A stretch of DNA of 6,487 nucleotides from a virus. Its lineage: Duplodnaviria > Heunggongvirae > Uroviricota > Caudoviricetes. Made by a program: the position numbers and the translations under genes. The notes below the pieces were generated by a model. The model did not search any database. It saw nothing but the letters and a program-made list of their open reading frames with translations, and had not been told where the DNA came from. The DNA is taken from positions 1 to 6,487 of IMG/VR virus record IMGVR_UViG_2675903606_000016; one strand, 5' to 3'. Shown piece by piece: positions 1 to 6,487 of this stretch (the first letter of the stretch is position 1; each line of letters starts with the position of its first letter).

Positions 1-507
1 CTGTGCAGAGGACAGGGGCACCCGGTAAAAGCCGGTGACCGCCATATTGTCCAGGTAAAGGTTCTGACCGTTGCGCCACCAGTCATCCTCACGCTCAAAA
101 TCCGGCATATCAATTCCCGCCAGATGGTAGGCATCCCGGAACAGCGTGTAACAGTCCGTCACCCCGTGCGCAAAGCGCCGTCCGGTCAGGTGCGGCACAC
201 AGCGGAACCGGTGAATTTCACCCCGGCAGACCAGCCACCAGGGCAGGGCACTCTTTATCTGCAGCCGCCGGTCCGCCTCGCTCAGCCAGGGCAGACCACC
301 GGGATGACTGTGGACCAGCGCCACAATCTCCCCCTGCATCTCTGCCCGCAGCCAGTCTTCCGGCGCAATACGAAAATACGCCTCCGGCTCTGCGGAAATA
401 TTCACACAAGGGATATACCGCTCCCCCTCCGGCGTTCTCACCACGAAGCCGCACGACTCCGCTGGCGCACATCGCCGGGCGTGCGCCAATATATTGCTAT
501 AGAGCAT
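1..507 (-). CDS. K: Tail assembly protein K homologue (lambda gpK-like), 3' end truncated by the window edge; 169 codons visible
   Basis: Minus-strand frame opens with ATG at 507..505, preceded by AGGAG 5 nt upstream, and stays open to position 1. Translation MLYSNILAHA...GEIVALVHSHPGGLPWLSEADRRLQ...HLTGRRFAHGVTDCYTLFRDAYHLAGIDMPDFEREDDWWRNGQNLYLDN closely matches my recollection of lambda K, including the HSHPGG JAMM/MPN-type motif. Absent from the ORF track because no stop codon lies in the window. Confidence 0.85.
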   Translation of the reverse strand, partial: MLYSNILAHARRCAPAESCGFVVRTPEGERYIPCVNISAEPEAYFRIAPEDWLRAEMQGEIVALVHSHPGGLPWLSEADRRLQIKSALPWWLVCRGEIHRFRCVPHLTGRRFAHGVTDCYTLFRDAYHLAGIDMPDFEREDDWWRNGQNLYLDNMAVTGFYRVPLSSAQ

Positions 508-518
508 GAGAACTCCTG

Positions 519-543
519 ATAAAAAACCCAGCCGAAGCTGGGT
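519..543 (-). terminator. evidence :: Rho-independent terminator (minus-strand orientation) between the KilA-N gene and K
   Basis: placeholder. Confidence 0.
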
Positions 544-3500
544 CATTTCGTTGGCAATCTGTTAGTAGTGATGCAGTGAAGGAGGTAATTCTTTGTTCTT
601 AAGTCTTAGCCATGCAGAAAGATTCGTTGGTCCATCTGGCTCATTAATATCAACATCTCGTGTGTGATTGATTAAAACGTCTCTCGCCATTCCAATAACA
701 TACGAGAACTCATGGCCGTAGTTGTAGCACCTGTCAGAATAGTTCGATTGAATTTGCTTTAGCGCCGGATACAGTTCGCGGAATAATGCCTGTGAGCGGT
801 TGGCATAATCCCATAGCCATACAAGGCTGTTTGCTTCTTTTGCGGAAAGCTCGTTGGTTTTCTTCTCTTGTTTGCCAATGAACTCACCTTCAAGCACTAC
901 CCTGTGGATGTACTCTACGGCCAGCGGGATTTGTTTAATTGAAAGTTCATCAATGCTGTCAATACCAAAACGCTGATGAACCATATTGTATGCATCGTCA
1001 TAGCGAAGTCCTTTCTTTCCTACCAGCATGTTTACTGCATCGCGTAGGGGTGTGCGTTCAGCTACTGAAGTTTTACCGCCAATAGCCTTCCTCTCTTGTG
1101 TGGTAGTAACCATTGCGTCATATGCACGGATAACCTTCAGCGCAAAGGCTGCGCTAATCCACATGGCGTAGGAGTAAACAAGCTCCTTGCACACGTAGGT
1201 GCCTCCGTAGCGACCCTTCTTAGAGTCCATTGGCTTCTTAATCTGCGATTCTGAAGAATTAAAGTTATCGCCATTTTTAAATACACACATCTGTGTATTT
1301 AGAATTTCTTGAACTAACTCATTGGTTTGTTCGAGTCGCAGCCACGCAGCAGGCTCATGACGACGCTCTTTACCTGATGCCTTGTGCAGGTCATTAAGCG
1401 AGTAACGCCCCTCTGAATCCATATGAATCTTGACGTCTGAAATGGTGATGCTGTTAGTGCAATTTAATGTTGACTTTGCTAAACTTGCCATATCAATAAT
1501 TCCTATCTGATTTGTTGATACCGAAGCCCCGACTGTTCCAGCAGTTGGGGTTTTAACTTTTTAGGCTGCGAATAAGACGCTGCACTATTTCTGAATTTAA
1601 AGACCTGCCCTCCTCCTTAGCCTTTTCCTTCAATTTTTCTTTAATCTCTGGCGGGATATGAATCCCTAATGGAGCGATGTCTCTAACTTTCATTTCCACC
1701 TCACTTGCTACACCGTGATAACTAAATACTATACCGTGTTTATTTAAAGTCGAAAATTTGTTGCCTACACTGTGTAGCTACGCACAGCGTGCAGGAGGAG
1801 AAATGAAAGGTGCAAGAGATATCAGTCCATTGGGGATTAGGATTCCAGACTATTTAAAGAAACGCATTCAGCAAGAAGCGGATAAAAACGGCAGATCAAT
1901 GAACTCAGAGATCGTGCTTATCCTTCAAAAACATGTTGATAATCTTGATGGCTCTCGCTCACTTGAAGGATTCGCTAACCAAGAAGCTGATAAATTCAAA
2001 GAGGCGCTACTTGAGACGTTAAAGACCATGTATGCTAAGGATGAAAAATAATGCTGCACACAATTCATTTCTTATGCCCCGTTAACACTGCCACTGTTGG
2101 GCAACTTCAGAACCACTGTCTCACCGCATTATCTCAAGGCGCAACTGAATTAAATATCCATATATCAAGTCAGGGAGGGGAAACTGCCGCTGGCTTTACT
2201 GCGTATAACTTTCTTAAGTCACTCCCTGTTACCGTTAGAACTCACAACATAAGCAATGTTGAATCCATAGCTAATATCGTTTTCCTGGCTGGCTCAGAAC
2301 GTTTCGCAAACCCATTATCAAGATTCCTGTTACATCCTCTATTATGGTGCTTTGCCTCCCCAGCCGCCGACCATGCCAGATTGAGAGAGTACGGGAAATG
2401 CCTCGATAACGATCTTGATCGCTTCGTTGAGACGTTCAATATCGACATCGGAACCCATATTAGGTGGGCATCCCTGATAGCAGACTCGACCATTTTGGAT
2501 GCTAACAAGGCTCTTGAGCATGGCATAATTAATTCCATAAAAACTGCAAGGCTGGCATCCAATCAGGCAAACTGGTGGGTTGTTTGATGGGTAAATCATG
2601 ATTACTCCTTATAAAAAACCCACCTGACGGTGGGCATAATCCATTACTGCGAAAGTTTGTTAATGGAAAGGAAGCTGCCAAAGTTGCCGACATTCCTGCG
2701 CAGTTCACACCCGCGCATGCACTTGCTGCATCTGTCCTTACGGATATCCGTGGTGGGGTTGTCGAACTCATCCGCCACTGCCGGACCGTTATACCCGCAT
2801 TCATCGCCCCGGTAATCCCATATACAGGTGTTCGCCAGCATGATGCGACCGGGAAACAGCGCACCGTCCGTCTCCGTCGGTGTCGCCAGCACAAACGAGG
2901 CCGTCATGGCTGTCAGCTGCGACATCTGCTCCACCACCCAGCGGTCACTCAGCTCCTGCTCCGGGTCAGCCTCCGGATTGCCCGCAACGAAATTCACCGC
3001 ATCCAGAAAACGGGCATACACCCGGTGGCGGACCACCGTGGCCCCCACCAGACTCTGCAGGTCTTCCGCCATCCCGGTGACCAGACCGAACAGATTGGAC
3101 ACCGTCAGCAACGGTCTGGCACTGCTGCCCTTCCCGCTCATCTCAAAACCGCTGCCGTCAATCGGGTATGCCTGATATTGCCGCCCCTGCCAGGTGACCG
3201 GCTCCCCTTTTTCATTCAGCTCATTGCAGAAAAAATACCGCTCACCGCCCTGCACCGTCAGGTCGATTTCCCAGAGCACCACCCGCGGTGACTGCTCTGA
3301 TTTAACCGACTCGTTCAGACTTTCTTCGTGAATATCCTGCATATATCCGCCCATAAAAAAGGGGCGCAGACGCGCCCCGAACAATAAAAGTCCAATTTAA
3401 AATAAAACCAATAAAGGTAATAACAGAAAGTTAAATCAGCACATGCCAGATGGCAATTGCTGATCGCAGTGACCAATGAAAACTGTGTTTTCATTGATAC

Positions 3501-6487
3501 AGGCCGCCTGTAAGGGCAGACGGCCCGTATTTATTAACTTATCAGCAATAATCAGAACTGATAAGTCATACCCACAGCAACGATATTATCTGTCGCAACA
3601 CCGGCTTTCCGGGTAAATTCACTTTCATCAATCAGGTTAATTTTATAATCAACATAGGTGGACATATTCTTGTTAAAGTAATAAGCCGCACCGACATCAA
3701 TATATTTAACCAGATCCTGATCGCCATGATTCACACCACCAACCATAACATCCTGTCCGCGGGACTGAAGGTAGGCCAGGGACGGGCGCAGACCAAAATC
3801 AAACTGATACTGAACAACAGCTTCGATATTCTGAGCTTTATCCGCAACACCTTGATCACCAAAGGTCGTCATATTCTGGGTTTCAGAATACACTGCTGCC
3901 AGATACAGGTTATTGGCATCATATTTAAGACCAGTTCCCCAGAATTCAGCATGTTTACCTTTTGCCACACTACCTGAGTCAACTGTTTTTTCTCCAACCT
4001 TTTTACCTGATTCAGGATCAAGAACATCTTCAGTACCGTTCAACCCCTGAACCTGCTTATCGGTACGATCTGACTTGGTATACGCAGCCACAAAACCAAA
4101 ACCATCAAGCTCATAGCTGGCCGAGAAACCATACCCGTCGCCATTAGCCTTCTGAAGATCATCACGCTCATTTTTGCCCTGATACTGCGCCGCAAAATTC
4201 AGACCATCGACCAGCCCGAAGAAGTCTGTATTACGGTAAGTCAGGACACCGGAAGTTCGGGCCGTCATAAAGTTATCGGTCTGCGTCCAGGTATCACCAC
4301 CAAACCCTGGCAGTACGTCAGTATATGATCCGACATCGTAAGCAATACCGAAGTTACGTCCGTAATCAACGGTACCAACATCTGCAAATTTCAGACCTGC
4401 AAATGCCAGACGGGTTTTATTTCCCGCGGAACCTTCAGATTCCGTTTTGTTACCAGAGAACTGGTATTCCCACTGACCAAATCCGGTCAGTTGATCATTA
4501 ATCTGCGTTTCGCCTTTAAAGCCGAGCCGAGTATAAGTCTGGTCTCCGTCATTACCTTTATCATTCGAGAAGTAATGCCGAGCGGTTGCACGCCCGTAAA
4601 GATCCAGTTTATTACCATCTTTATTATAAACTTCTGCTGCCTGCGCCCCCGCAGCAAACATCACTGCCACTGCTACAGCAGAAAGTGCCACTGTCATTTT
4701 TTTCATGATTTAATCCTTAATTTAAACTGAACTATTCATGCATTTAGATGTCATGAACAAAAATTAAAATATTTTAATACAAATTCTTAGTTCAATTTAT
4801 ATTACGTAACAAAATGTAAATACAAGATCGATTTCGCACTTTCTGACAAGACAGATTAAAAATAATTAGCAACAAAACAATAAAGAGTGATTTATAGGAT
4901 AATTCTCATCTGACCACCTGCTCTATCGTGCAACTGAAATCACTGTACCGGGCATTATCCGTGACACTCCACTCACGGCACACCACCCTCACCGTCCGGT
5001 TATGTTTCGGCGGTCGCCACAAAAAGGCACGGTAACCACCATGCCAGGATAAAAATTCATCCAGCCAGCGCCGGGTTGACTCATCCGTCACCCGGAACAC
5101 CGCCTGAAACGTCTTCAGTTGAGGATTCAGCCCTGTGGGGCGACGCTGTTCATAACCGTCACCAAACCGTACCCTCGCCACCGACGGTTTCTCACTCACC
5201 TGCATCCCTTCACGCGGGACCAGATGCAGCGTTTTTATCTCAGCCACTCAGCATTCCTCCGTCACGTCGCATGGACAGCATCACCGCCTGCACCCGCTGG
5301 TCAATCAGTTGCACAAGGCTGCCTGCCGCCTCCGGCCCTATCTGGCCATTAGTCCCGTCATTCTGAATGGCGATATGGTAGACCGGGGAATACACCAGGC
5401 CCGCACTGCCGTACATACTACCCACCGCGCGCACACCCAGCGAGCCATCCGCCGCCCGCGTCAGGGGCATAATGGCTTCAGGTCCGGCCTCCCCCATCAG
5501 CCCGGCCCCTTTTGCAAAGGCAAAGTACGTGGGCGTATCCACAATACTGTTGCTGTACGCACTCAGGTTTGCCGAGGTATACACGCCGCCTTTTGCATTG
5601 GCCACCGCCCCGCCCAGCCAGTCACCAATGCTGCCGAGAAATCCTCCCGCACCGGACATACCGTTTGCCGCCGTCTTAATTCCGTTGACAATCGCGGCAT
5701 TCATAAGAACTTTTGATATTTCCTGCAGCACTGATGAGGCCCAGCTGCGCCATTCCACTTTATTTCCGTTCAGCATCTCCGTGATGTTATTCACCATCCC
5801 TGAGATACCCTCCGTCGCAAGCTGTGCTGCCTGTGAGGCGTAATAGGACGCATTATCCACCCAGTTACTGAATCCCTCCTGCAGCCCTTTCTGCCAGTCC
5901 GCACGCTGCACATCCGATTCGGCATAAAAGGCTTCCTGCTCTTTCAGACGTTCACTCAGATACTGTGCATTCTGCGCCAGCGCCTGTCTGTAAAAATCCT
6001 CACTGATATCCCCGGTCTGATACTGAGACTGAAGGTCCGCATCCTTCTGGCGGAAGCTGTCGCGGATCTGCTGCAACTCCCGCATGCGTTCCCTGGCTCG
6101 TTCTCCCTGCCCGTACCCCAGCAGTTCGGCTTCATTTGATGCACGCGCAGCCGCATTCTCATTCTTCAGGGTCTCTTCCCGGGATCGCAACTGTTCCCGG
6201 ATTTTTTGCTGGTCAATCAGGGCCGCGTTACGCAGCAGCTCCTGCTTCTGTATCTCCGACAGGGTTTTCAGTTCGCCCTGCGCAGTCTGGTACTTCAGCT
6301 TCGTCAGTTCTGTATTCTGACCCGCCAGTGCCAGTTGCTCTTTCTGCTGCTTCAGTAGCCGGGAAAAACTGTCTTCCGCTTTTTCCGTCTCTGATTTTCC
6401 ACCCCGGGATTTGGGTTTATTCGCCTCGTTATTGCGCCAGGCTTCCAGGGCATTACTGATATAACGTTGTCTCGCCTCCTGATACGG

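Overview
This window is part of a lambda-like (enterobacterial lambdoid) phage or prophage tail-morphogenesis cluster, encoded on the minus strand: tape-measure H (5' partial), M, L and K (3' partial, runs off the window start). The cluster is interrupted twice by AT-richer cargo. Between M and L sits an OmpC/NmpC-family porin gene with its own AT-rich upstream region. Between L and K sits a ~2.1 kb cassette with two divergent operons, each led by an Arc-like ribbon-helix-helix (RHH) gene: a 46-aa RHH (not in the ORF track) with a KilA-N-domain protein on the minus strand, and an 82-aa RHH translationally coupled to a short ClpP-fold serine peptidase homologue on the plus strand. The cassette is flanked by a ~40 bp imperfect direct repeat (terminator hairpin, T-tract, SD, ATG) with compensatory stem substitutions. 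The RHH/ClpP-like/KilA-N cassette is the best candidate for an undescribed accessory system; its function cannot be assigned from sequence. All homology calls are from motif recognition by eye and recalled reference sequences; no database search was run. No tRNA, rRNA, CRISPR array, integrase or transposase was seen.
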